From contig JAHHRV010000007.1 in the NCBI GenBank assembly GCA_020025595.1, positions 44,311 to 108,310 on the forward strand: DNA of 64,000 nucleotides. Direction: 5' to 3'. Shown here piece by piece: positions 44,217 to 52,393 of this stretch; within the stretch, counting starts at the first letter, position 1; each line of letters opens with the position of its first letter. The notes under the pieces were generated by a model. It had not been told where the DNA came from, did not search any database, and saw only the letters and a list, made by a program, of their open reading frames with translations. A program made the position numbers and the translations under genes. Source of the DNA: Oscillospiraceae bacterium (GTDB taxonomy: Bacteria > Bacillota > Clostridia > Oscillospirales > Oscillospiraceae).

Positions 44217-46604
44217 ATGAAACTCAACAGAAAATGGATCAATGAGGAGTTCGTGGATCTGTCCCACGTCTCCGACAAGGATTATGTCGAAACCATGACC
44301 GTCTTCGGTCAGAAGGTTGAAACCTACGAGCGTATGGATGCCGAAATCAAGAATGTTGTAGTCGGCAAGGTTGTTTCCATCGTTCGTCACGAGAATTCCG
44401 ACCATATGTGGGTCTGCCAGGTCGATGTGGGCCAGGATGAGCCTGTCCAGATCGTCACCGGTGCCCAGAATGTTCACGAGGGCGACCTGGTCCCCGCAGC
44501 ACTGCACAACTCCTGGCTCCCCGGCGGCGTGCACATCACCAAGGGCAAGCTCCGCGGTGAAAAGTCCAACGGTATGCTCTGCTCTTTCCAGGAGCTGGGC
44601 CTGACTGAAAACGATCTGCCCGGCGTATTTGCAGACGGCATCTGGATTCTGAATGACGAAGACTGCAAGCCCGGCGACGATATCAATCTGGTCATCGGCA
44701 ACGACGACACCGTGGTTGACTTTGAAATCACCAACAACCGTCCCGACTGCTACTCCATCATTGGCCTTGCAAGAGAGTCCGCTGCCGCCTTCGGTATGCA
44801 GATGAAGCATCACGAGCCTGTGGTCAAGGGCAGCAATGCCGGTTCCATCTTTGAAAAGCTGGATGTAGAGGTTCCCGCCGAGCAGCTGTGCAACCGCTAC
44901 TCTGCAAGAATGGTCGCCAATGTCAAGGTTGGCCCCTCCCCCAAGTGGCTGCGTCAGCGTCTGCGTGCCAACGGCATCCGCCCCATTAACAACATTGTTG
45001 ACATCACCAACTATGTGATGCTGGAGTATGGTCAGCCCATGCACGCATTTGACTATCGCTATGTCAGCTCCGGCACCATCGTTGTCCGTGAAGCTGTAGA
45101 AGGTGAGAGCCTGACCACTCTGGACGGCAATGTCCGGAACCTGAAGCCCGGTATGCTGGTCATCGCCGACGGTGAAAAGCCCATCGGTCTTGCCGGTATC
45201 ATGGGCGGCGAAAATTCCGAAATCCGCGATGACACCACCTGTGTAGTCTTTGAATCTGCCAACTTCAACGGCACCTCCATCCGTCAGACTGCTCTGGCTC
45301 TGGGTATGCGTACCGAGGCTTCCGGTAAGTTTGAAAAGCACCTGGATCCCATGATGACCGTTCCCGCTGTGGAGCGTGCCTGTGAACTGGTGGAACTGCT
45401 GGAGTGCGGCGATATCATGGATGGCATCATCGATATTCTCAACTATGTTCCCCAGTCCAAGACTCTGCCTCTGGAGCCTGAGAAGATCAACCACCTGCTG
45501 GGCACCAACATCTCCCGCGAGGATATGGTCAAGTACCTGAATCAGCTGGAGATTCCCGTGGAGGGCGACAAGATTCTGGTTCCCTCCTGGCGTCCCGACC
45601 TGAACCTGATGGCTGATATTGCTGAGGAAGTGGGCAGAAGCTTCGGCTACAACGAAATCCCCACCACCGCATTCAAGACCTCCACTCAGGGCGGCTACTC
45701 CCCCATCATGCTGACCGAGAACAAGCTGGGCACCCTGTGCCGCGCACTGGGATACAGTGAGATCATCACCTATTCCTTCGTTTCTCCCACCATTTTCGAT
45801 CAGATCCGTCTGCCCGGCGATTCCCCTCTGCGCAACGCCATGCGGATCCAGAACCCTCTGGGCGAAGATACCTCCATCATGCGTACCATCGCTCTGCCCT
45901 CCATGCTGGACATTCTGTCTCGGAACAATGCATACCACAACAAGTGTGCAAAGCTCTATGAGCTGGCAAAGGTCTACCTGCCTGTAGAGGGTCAGCCCCT
46001 TCCCGAAGAGCCCAAGATGCTCCTGCTGGGTACCTACGGTTCCGGCGAAACCTTCTTCTCTCTGAAGGGCGAGCTGGAAGCCATTCTCACCGGTCTGCGT
46101 CTGCCCAAGGCAACCTACACCGCTGTTAAGGACAATCCTTCCTATCATCCCGGCCGCTGCGCAATGGTTTCCATCAACGGCGTTGAGCTGGGCTATATGG
46201 GTCAGGTGCATCCTCTGGTTGCAAAGAACTACGGCTTCGACGGCGAGGTTTACTGCGCTGAGATCAACTTCAGCAAGGCTTACGAGCTGCAGCTGCCGGA
46301 ACCCACCTTCGTTGCACTGCCCAAGTATCCTGCCGTTACCCGCGACCTGGCTCTGATCTGTGATGAGGATGTCACCGTCGCTCAGGTAGAGGATGTCATC
46401 ACCGCATCCGCCGGCAAGCTGCTGCGCAAGGTCCGTCTGTTCGACATTTACCGCGGTATCGGCGTTCCTGAAGACAAGAAGAGTCTTGCTTTCTCTCTGG
46501 AACTGCGTGCCGATGACCGGACTCTGACCGATGCCGATTCCGAGGCTGTTGTGAGCAAGGTTCTTGCCGCTCTTGCTGAGAAGCTGAACGCTGTTCTGCG
46601 CTGA
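44217..46604 (+). CDS. pheT: Phenylalanine--tRNA ligase beta subunit
   Basis: It is 795 aa with tRNA-binding, B3/4, B5 and FDX-ACB domains recognisable. Confidence 0.95.
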   Translation: MKLNRKWINEEFVDLSHVSDKDYVETMTVFGQKVETYERMDAEIKNVVVGKVVSIVRHENSDHMWVCQVDVGQDEPVQIVTGAQNVHEGDLVPAALHNSWLPGGVHITKGKLRGEKSNGMLCSFQELGLTENDLPGVFADGIWILNDEDCKPGDDINLVIGNDDTVVDFEITNNRPDCYSIIGLARESAAAFGMQMKHHEPVVKGSNAGSIFEKLDVEVPAEQLCNRYSARMVANVKVGPSPKWLRQRLRANGIRPINNIVDITNYVMLEYGQPMHAFDYRYVSSGTIVVREAVEGESLTTLDGNVRNLKPGMLVIADGEKPIGLAGIMGGENSEIRDDTTCVVFESANFNGTSIRQTALALGMRTEASGKFEKHLDPMMTVPAVERACELVELLECGDIMDGIIDILNYVPQSKTLPLEPEKINHLLGTNISREDMVKYLNQLEIPVEGDKILVPSWRPDLNLMADIAEEVGRSFGYNEIPTTAFKTSTQGGYSPIMLTENKLGTLCRALGYSEIITYSFVSPTIFDQIRLPGDSPLRNAMRIQNPLGEDTSIMRTIALPSMLDILSRNNAYHNKCAKLYELAKVYLPVEGQPLPEEPKMLLLGTYGSGETFFSLKGELEAILTGLRLPKATYTAVKDNPSYHPGRCAMVSINGVELGYMGQVHPLVAKNYGFDGEVYCAEINFSKAYELQLPEPTFVALPKYPAVTRDLALICDEDVTVAQVEDVITASAGKLLRKVRLFDIYRGIGVPEDKKSLAFSLELRADDRTLTDADSEAVVSKVLAALAEKLNAVLR

Positions 46605-46613
46605 AATTTATAA

Positions 46614-46639
46614 TGGGAGCGCTCCCCGCTCCCATTTTC
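46614..46639 (+). terminator. Intrinsic terminator after pheT
   Basis: The stem pairs tgggagcg with cgctccca, and tttt follows. Confidence 0.8.
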
Positions 46640-46662
46640 ATAAAATGTTTACCGATGCTGCC

Positions 46663-46691
46663 TTTACATATTCGAATATTTGGGCTATAAT
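46663..46691 (+). promoter_or_regulatory. Sigma-A promoter of the ireB-like gene
   Basis: TTTACA, a 17-nt spacer and TATAAT. Confidence 0.7.
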
Positions 46692-46727
46692 AGCAACAAT
46701 ATACCACATCCGAAGGAGGTCGGTCAT

Positions 46728-46976
46728 ATGACAGATAACACCATTAAATTCACAGTTCCCTGTGACGATAAGGAGAATATGCGTCGCATTCTGCGCTGCG
46801 TATTTGACGCTCTGAATGAAAAGGGTTACAACCCCATCAATCAGATCGTGGGCTATCTGCTTACCGAGGATCCCACATATATTACGAATTACAACGGTGC
46901 CCGCAGCATGATCTGCAAGCTGGACCGTGATGAACTGCTCCAGGAGCTGGTGCAGTGCTACTTGTTTGACAGGTAA
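46728..46976 (+). CDS. ireB: IreB-family regulatory phosphoprotein (UPF0297/DUF965, YrzL-like)
   Basis: The signature is TIKFTV......N.R.IL..V..AL.EKGYNPINQIVGYLLTEDPTYIT. The start at 46728 has the RBS gaaggagg. Confidence 0.85.
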   Translation: MTDNTIKFTVPCDDKENMRRILRCVFDALNEKGYNPINQIVGYLLTEDPTYITNYNGARSMICKLDRDELLQELVQCYLFDR

Positions 46977-46991
46977 TTTTTCGTGATACTT

Positions 46992-47020
46992 GGGGCTTTT
47001 GCGGTGCAAAAGCCCCATTT
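46992..47020 (+). terminator. Hairpin after ireB
   Basis: An 11-bp stem pairs ggggcttttgc with gcaaaagcccc. The T-tract is short. Confidence 0.6.
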
Positions 47021-47088
47021 CCATGAGATCACTCGTTCGTTATCCACCCTTGATCGGCTTTGCCGATCCCCAAAGACAGGAGGTTCCA

Positions 47089-47376
47089 ATGGCAGAAAAT
47101 AAAGTATTGATGTATAAGGGCCGTCCCTTGATGCGCAAGGACAACCTTATCTACTATGGCTCCATGGCTGATTCCCATATTGTAATGCTCCAGATTCTGG
47201 AGACCAAGAAGGTCAATGATGCCGACATTGCAACCAAAGTATCCATTCAGCTGCAGCTGACCGATCCCAACGCAAAGGGTCGTGACCGCATTGTAAAGAA
47301 GGGCGAAAAGGACGGTCTTTATACCGCTCTGGATTTTGGCTCTGTGTGGCTTGAGCGTGCTCTGGCTGGCAAATAA
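47089..47376 (+). CDS. Hypothetical 95-aa protein
   Basis: The ATG at 47089 has the RBS acaggagg. Codon usage is coherent. I recognise no family. Confidence 0.55.
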   Translation: MAENKVLMYKGRPLMRKDNLIYYGSMADSHIVMLQILETKKVNDADIATKVSIQLQLTDPNAKGRDRIVKKGEKDGLYTALDFGSVWLERALAGK

Positions 47377-47395
47377 AATAAGCTGAAATAAAATA

Positions 47396-47431
47396 AACCG
47401 GAAGTTTTCAGGAACTTCCGGTTATTTTTTA
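47396..47431 (+). terminator. Intrinsic terminator
   Basis: An 11-bp stem pairs aaccggaagtt with aacttccggtt, and attttttat follows. Confidence 0.85.
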
Positions 47432-47471
47432 TGGATTTGCTCATACTAGCCTCAGGAAGTGAGGGATTTAC

Positions 47472-48488
47472 ATGGCGCAAAATAAAATTGGCAAACGAAG
47501 TTTTCACCCCGCCCAGCCCGTCTGCATTTCAAACTGGGCAAGTATCGCCGGTAAGAAGGAAGCAGAAGGCCCCCTGGGGCATCTGTTCGATGTGACCAAT
47601 ACGGACACCAAATTCGGAGAGAAGACCTGGGAACAGGCGGAAAAGAGAATGCAGCAGCTGGCACTGCAGACGCTCCTGCAAAAAGCATCACTGAAGGAAT
47701 CTGATCTGGATGTGGTCTTTTCCGGAGACCTGCTGAATCAGTGCATCGGTTCTTCCTTCACGCTGCGCAATACAGGCATTCCCCACATCGGACTCTACGG
47801 TGCCTGCTCCACCATGGCTGAAAGCCTGATGCTGGCCGCCATGACCGCAGGAGGCGGCTATGCTGACAAAGTGGTAGCGATGACATCCTCCCACTTTGCA
47901 TCCTCAGAGCGGCAGTACCGCTTTCCTCTGGGCTACGGCGGACAGCGAACCCCCACTGCCCAGTGGACGGTTACCGGCAGCGGTGCGGCACTGGTGGAGC
48001 GCAAGCAGGGATTGATCGAACTGACCTCTGCCACCATCGGCACGGTCACAGATCTGGGCCTCACTGATGCTACAAATATGGGCTGCGCTATGGCTCCGGC
48101 AGCCTTTGACACTATCCGCGCCCACTTTGACGATACCCATACTGCCCCGGAGGATTTTGACCTGATCGTCACCGGCGATCTGGGCTCCCTTGGAAAAGAA
48201 GTTCTGATGTACCTGTTCCGCAAGGAAGGCATCAGCATCGGCGGTAAAATCACCGACTGCGGTAATCTGGTCTTTGATGCCCCGAAACAGGATGTTCATG
48301 CCGGAGGCTCCGGCTGCGGATGCAGTGCCATCGTTCTGTGCTCGGAACTGCTGAGCAAGCTCCAGTCCGGCAAGCTGAAGAAAATCCTCTTCTGCGGAAC
48401 GGGTGCCCTTCTGTCTCCGACTTCCACACAGCAAAAACTGCCGATCCCCGGTGTATGTCACGGGGTCTGCATTGAATCCAGGAGGTAA
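47472..48488 (+). CDS. spoVAD: Stage V sporulation protein AD
   Basis: It is a thiolase-like SpoVAD: SIAGKKE.EGPLG..FD and GACSTMAESL. Confidence 0.92.
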   Translation: MAQNKIGKRSFHPAQPVCISNWASIAGKKEAEGPLGHLFDVTNTDTKFGEKTWEQAEKRMQQLALQTLLQKASLKESDLDVVFSGDLLNQCIGSSFTLRNTGIPHIGLYGACSTMAESLMLAAMTAGGGYADKVVAMTSSHFASSERQYRFPLGYGGQRTPTAQWTVTGSGAALVERKQGLIELTSATIGTVTDLGLTDATNMGCAMAPAAFDTIRAHFDDTHTAPEDFDLIVTGDLGSLGKEVLMYLFRKEGISIGGKITDCGNLVFDAPKQDVHAGGSGCGCSAIVLCSELLSKLQSGKLKKILFCGTGALLSPTSTQQKLPIPGVCHGVCIESRR

Positions 48489-48490
48489 TC

Positions 48491-48847
48491 ATGGACTATA
48501 TCAAAGCATTTGCAATTGGCGGCTGCCTCTGCCTGATTGGACAGCTGCTGATCGATAAGACCGGCCTGACCCCTGCCAAAATTCTTGTGAGCTATGTGGT
48601 CGCCGGTGTCATTCTCGGGGCACTGGGTGTATACCAGCCGTTGATTGACTTTGCAGGCGCTGGTGCCTCTGTTCCCCTGACAGGCTTCGGAAACACCCTG
48701 GCAAAGGGCGTGCGGGATACCGTGGAGGAAAGCGGCTTTATCGGGATTTTTACCGGCGGATTAAAATCAACAGCTGGCGGCATCACCGCAGCAATCGTCG
48801 CGGGTCTGGTCGCCAGCTGTGTCTTCAAGGGCAAGGATAAAGCTTAG
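48491..48847 (+). CDS. spoVAE: Stage V sporulation protein AE (SpoVAEb type)
   Basis: Its close resemblance to SpoVAEb is recognisable: YIKAF.IGG..C.IGQLLID.T.LTPA.ILV...V.GVILGALG.YQPLIDFAGAGA.VPLTGFG. Confidence 0.9.
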   Translation: MDYIKAFAIGGCLCLIGQLLIDKTGLTPAKILVSYVVAGVILGALGVYQPLIDFAGAGASVPLTGFGNTLAKGVRDTVEESGFIGIFTGGLKSTAGGITAAIVAGLVASCVFKGKDKA

Positions 48848-48856
48848 TCACAGAGT

Positions 48857-49426
48857 TTATTCGTCTGCATCGATAATACGGCTGCTGTTTTTTCCGGGAT
48901 CCATATAGCTTTTTGCTTTGTAGTGGGTATACAGATTACCGCCGCCGCATACAATCATAGCAAGACCCACAAGGGTCATCACGATCCGGGATGTGGTCAT
49001 GGGGGAGAAAATCAGGATCAAACCCATGACCAGGGTGAATCCGGCCCATACCATGCCCAATACCCAAAACTCGCCGTTTCTGCGCAGGCGCAGCGCATCG
49101 CCCAGAGCGCCAAGTCCCTGCACCGTCAGCAGCGCTCCCAGCAGGATTCCAAGGAGGGAAGCCAGCGACAAGGGATTGCGCAGAATATAAAAGCCAACGA
49201 TCAAGGAGATTCCGCTTCCTGCCAGAGTGCCGAATCCGAACATCGGCCAGCTGAGCACGCCAATCAGAAGTCCTGCCGTTCCGACAATCATCAGCAGCCA
49301 TGCAGCAACGGTCGCAACGGTACGGGAACCGAAGTCCGGGAAAAAGACCAGCACGAGTCCGAATGCAATCAGTGCGATAGAGCCCCAGCGGGCCTGGGAT
49401 AGTGTTTTAGAAATACGATCTTTCAT
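48857..49426 (-). CDS. HdeD-family (DUF308) membrane protein
   Basis: It has six hydrophobic segments with the repeated DUF308 pattern. The start at 49426 has the RBS AGGGGAG. Confidence 0.65.
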   Translation of the reverse strand: MKDRISKTLSQARWGSIALIAFGLVLVFFPDFGSRTVATVAAWLLMIVGTAGLLIGVLSWPMFGFGTLAGSGISLIVGFYILRNPLSLASLLGILLGALLTVQGLGALGDALRLRRNGEFWVLGMVWAGFTLVMGLILIFSPMTTSRIVMTLVGLAMIVCGGGNLYTHYKAKSYMDPGKNSSRIIDADE

Positions 49427-49562
49427 AGAATGTCTCCCCTTTCCTGCTGTCATCATACAACCCGGTTGGAATTTCGTCAACAGAACTGTTGCCGAATTTA
49501 CACAATTGAAACAGTTCTATTTTCGATTGGACCACATATCCTTTTCCGAAGGAGGATGTACC

Positions 49563-49823
49563 ATGGAAAATGCAGCTACGAAATTGCCCCATAAACTCAT
49601 TCTGGACGAACGAAACCGATTGAACCTGACGGGTGCCACCGAAGTCATCCACTTTGACGATGAGTCGGTAGAACTCAATACCAGCCTCGGAACCCTCATG
49701 ATTCAGGGGGAACAGCTGAAACTCAAATGCCTGTCACTGGACGATGGCGCGCTGGTGATCCAGGGTCATATCACCGCAATCAGCTACGAAGAGCCGAAGC
49801 AGCGCCGAGGATTCTTCCGATGA
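49563..49823 (+). CDS. yabP: Sporulation protein YabP
   Basis: The signature is HKLILDERNRLNLTGATEVIHFDDESVELNTSLGTLMIQGEQLKL. The RBS is gaaggagg. Confidence 0.9.
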   Translation: MENAATKLPHKLILDERNRLNLTGATEVIHFDDESVELNTSLGTLMIQGEQLKLKCLSLDDGALVIQGHITAISYEEPKQRRGFFR

Positions 49824-50521
49824 CTCCCCCGGAACTTGCGTGGCAGCGACTGATTCAATGCTTTCTGCTGGGGGTGGTGATCGGACCTGTGCTGGACTTT
49901 CCAAGGCCTCTGCGCCGCCAACTCCCGGTTGTCTATCAGCTGTTGATCTGTGCAATATTATTGCCTGCATGGCTGGTTTTATGCTTCTACATCTGTCAGG
50001 GAGACATCCGCATAGGGTATCTGTGCGGCGGTTTGCTGGGATACTGCGTGTGGCTGATAACCTTACACGCCACCATTGTTAGCCTATTCGACCGTTTTTG
50101 GGCGCTGATTGCGAAATATTCCCGAATAATCACCGCTCCGGCGCTTGTTTTTTTGAAAAAAATTAACAAAAGTCAAAAAAAGCTCTATGCAACTGCGAGA
50201 AAATGGGTTACAATAGGTAGGACTAAGCGCCAGAAACTCAGGCGCATACCCGGAGGCCCGTTTTATGAACAATCTTCACAGATTGACACGGAGGATTACA
50301 CTGAAGCATCGCCGCTCACTGCCGCTGACCAAGGCAGTGGTTACAACCGCCATCGTGTTATCTACGGTGACGCTGATTGCGCTGCGCCTGTGCCAGTGGG
50401 ATTCCCAGGCAAAACTCGCCGATCTGCAGGAGCAGGCCGCACAGTTGGTAAGCGAAAACACCAACCTCTCCAACCGCATCGAAAACATCGACAGCCTGGA
50501 GTCCATTCGTCAGATCGCTGA
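49820..50521 (+). CDS. yabQ: Spore cortex biosynthesis protein YabQ. The frame runs on for 257 nt into divIC.
   Basis: The ATGA overlap with the yabP stop is a typical yabP-yabQ junction. The N-terminal 110 aa is a hydrophobic YabQ-like region. The C-terminal roughly 85 aa is Arg/Gly/Pro-rich and looks like an alternative-frame read of divIC. Confidence 0.6.
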   Translation: MTPPELAWQRLIQCFLLGVVIGPVLDFPRPLRRQLPVVYQLLICAILLPAWLVLCFYICQGDIRIGYLCGGLLGYCVWLITLHATIVSLFDRFWALIAKYSRIITAPALVFLKKINKSQKKLYATARKWVTIGRTKRQKLRRIPGGPFYEQSSQIDTEDYTEASPLTAADQGSGYNRHRVIYGDADCAAPVPVGFPGKTRRSAGAGRTVGKRKHQPLQPHRKHRQPGVHSSDR

Positions 50522-50576
50522 CGAGGAACTGAACCTCGTAGACCCGGGTACCATTATCATTGAAGAATCAGAATAA
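50265..50576 (+). CDS. divIC: Septum formation initiator (DivIC/FtsB-FtsL-like)
   Basis: It has a single TM segment and a coiled coil (LADLQEQAAQLVSENTNLSNRIENIDS...). GGAGG lies 8 nt upstream of the ATG. The yabP-yabQ-divIC-yabR order is conserved. Confidence 0.85.
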   Translation: MNNLHRLTRRITLKHRRSLPLTKAVVTTAIVLSTVTLIALRLCQWDSQAKLADLQEQAAQLVSENTNLSNRIENIDSLESIRQIADEELNLVDPGTIIIEESE

Positions 50577-50578
50577 GC

Positions 50579-51082
50579 ATGGAGGAAACAAACATCAGTA
50601 TGGAGTTAACCGTCGGAGCCGTCCTTGAGGGCAAGGTAAAATCAATTACAAATTTCGGCGCATTTATTGCGCTGCCAGACAACAAAACCGGCATGGTACA
50701 TATTTCCGAAGTTGCCAATGCCTATGTCAGTGATATCCGCCAGCATTTGACCGAGGGTCAGGATGTCAAGGTTATGGTTATCGCAATCGATCCTGCAGGA
50801 AAGATCAACCTTTCTATGAAGCGTCTGGAGCCCAAGCCTCAGACCCAGGGCAATTCCCGCCCCAACTATCGCAGAGATCAGAATTCCGGTTCTAATTCTT
50901 TCCGCAGTCAGGCACCACGGCCCCATACGCCACGCAGCAATACTCCCGTGCCTCCCGCCGCTCCCAAAACTGCAGATCAGCTCTTTGAAGAAAAGCTGAA
51001 GGCATTCATGAGTGAATCCGACAGCAAGATTTCTTCCATTCGGGCATACTCTGATCATCGCACAAAGAGCCGCAGACGCTAA
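50579..51082 (+). CDS. yabR: S1 RNA-binding domain protein (YabR-like)
   Basis: The S1 motif is G.VLEGKVKSITNFGAFIALPDNKTGMVHISEVA. The tail is basic and disordered. Confidence 0.88.
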   Translation: MEETNISMELTVGAVLEGKVKSITNFGAFIALPDNKTGMVHISEVANAYVSDIRQHLTEGQDVKVMVIAIDPAGKINLSMKRLEPKPQTQGNSRPNYRRDQNSGSNSFRSQAPRPHTPRSNTPVPPAAPKTADQLFEEKLKAFMSESDSKISSIRAYSDHRTKSRRR

Positions 51083-51089
51083 AATCAAT

Positions 51090-51125
51090 GGGCTGTTGCA
51101 CTCACGGCAACAGCCCTCTGCTTTT
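51090..51125 (+). terminator. Intrinsic terminator after yabR
   Basis: A 10-bp stem pairs gggctgttgc with gcaacagccc, and tctgctttt follows. Confidence 0.7.
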
Positions 51126-51146
51126 GCCGGAGGAAGGAGAAATATA

Positions 51147-51845
51147 ATGTCAACGGTATTGGTTACCGGTGGTTCCCGTGGTATTGGCGCAGCAGCCGTG
51201 CGCCGATTCTGTAAATCCGGACACCGGGTATTCTTTCTTTACGAAAAGGAAACAGAACTCGCAGACAGTCTTGCCCGAGAAACCGGAGCCACTGCTATCT
51301 GTGCGGATGTTTCCAGCAAAGCCGCTGTGGAAGCTGCATTTGCTCAGGTCGGCAGTGTGGATATTCTGGTCTGCAATGCCGGAATCAGCATGACCGGACT
51401 CATGAGCATGATGCCGGAAAGCGACTGGGATCGCATTTTTGATGTGAATGTAAAGGGCATCTACAACTGCGTAAATGCCGCCATGTCCGGTTTTCTTGCC
51501 AAGCAGGCAGGTTCCGTCGTTACCGTAAGCTCCATGTGGGGCCAGGTCGGTGCCAGCTGCGAAACCGCCTACTCTGCCACCAAAGGCGCCGTCATTGCAA
51601 TGACAAAGGCCCTTGCCAAGGAACTGGGACCCTCCGGCGTTCGGGTGAACTGTGTTGCCCCCGGAGTGATTATGACGGATATGTGCGCCAATATTGATCC
51701 CGAGGTTCTGGAAGATCTTCGCAATGAAACCCCTGTGGGAAGAAACGGCACCCCGGACGATGTTGCCGAAGCCATTGAATTTTTAGCTAACGCCAGGTTT
51801 ATCACCGGACAGGTTCTGGGTGTAAACGGCGGATATGTAATTTAG
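51147..51845 (+). CDS. SDR-family oxidoreductase (FabG-like)
   Basis: The motifs are TGGSRGIG, NAG and the YSATK catalytic motif. The start at 51147 has the RBS ggaggaagga. Confidence 0.85.
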   Translation: MSTVLVTGGSRGIGAAAVRRFCKSGHRVFFLYEKETELADSLARETGATAICADVSSKAAVEAAFAQVGSVDILVCNAGISMTGLMSMMPESDWDRIFDVNVKGIYNCVNAAMSGFLAKQAGSVVTVSSMWGQVGASCETAYSATKGAVIAMTKALAKELGPSGVRVNCVAPGVIMTDMCANIDPEVLEDLRNETPVGRNGTPDDVAEAIEFLANARFITGQVLGVNGGYVI

Positions 51846-51857
51846 GAGGAAAAATAT

Positions 51858-52298
51858 ATGAAAATTTCTGTTGCATGTGATCATGGCGCACTGGCGCTGA
51901 AGAACGACATCAAAGAGCATCTGGAAAAGCTGGGCCACGAAGTCAAGGATTTCGGTACCTATACTCTGGACAGCTGTGACTATCCTGACATGATCGCTCC
52001 CGCTGCAAAGGCTGTTGCCAACGGCGAATGCGAAAGAGGCATCGTTCTGTGCACCACCGGCATCGGCGCATCCATCGTCGCAAACAAGGTCAAGGGTGTC
52101 CGCTGCGCTCTGCTGAGCGATGTACTGTCTGCCCGCATGACCCGCCTGCACAACGATACCAATGTGATGGCACTGGGTGCCGGCATCGTCGGCAAGAACC
52201 TGGCTCTGGAAATCGTTGATGTGTGGCTGGGAACCGAGTTCTCCGGTGACGAGCGTCATCAGCGCCGGATCGATAAGGTTACCGCTCTGGAAGGCTGA
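51858..52298 (+). CDS. rpiB: Ribose-5-phosphate isomerase B
   Basis: It belongs to the RpiB/LacAB family: ACDHGA, CTTGIG and HND.N. Confidence 0.92.
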   Translation: MKISVACDHGALALKNDIKEHLEKLGHEVKDFGTYTLDSCDYPDMIAPAAKAVANGECERGIVLCTTGIGASIVANKVKGVRCALLSDVLSARMTRLHNDTNVMALGAGIVGKNLALEIVDVWLGTEFSGDERHQRRIDKVTALEG

Positions 52299-52319
52299 TC
52301 CTACATAAAATCCGTACAA

Positions 52320-52350
52320 AAAACCGCCTCATAAGAGGCGGTTTTCTTTT
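52320..52350. terminator. Terminator between the convergent rpiB and SBP genes
   Basis: The stem pairs aaccgcctc with gaggcggtt, with A/T runs on both sides. Confidence 0.8.
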
Positions 52351-52393
52351 ATTATATTGCTTTTCGGGACTCCATACAGAACACAGACAGGCT

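Noticed and set aside
43047-46211. A 1054-aa ORF antisense to pheS and pheT
   Set aside because: This is a shadow ORF of two well-supported aminoacyl-tRNA synthetase subunit genes.
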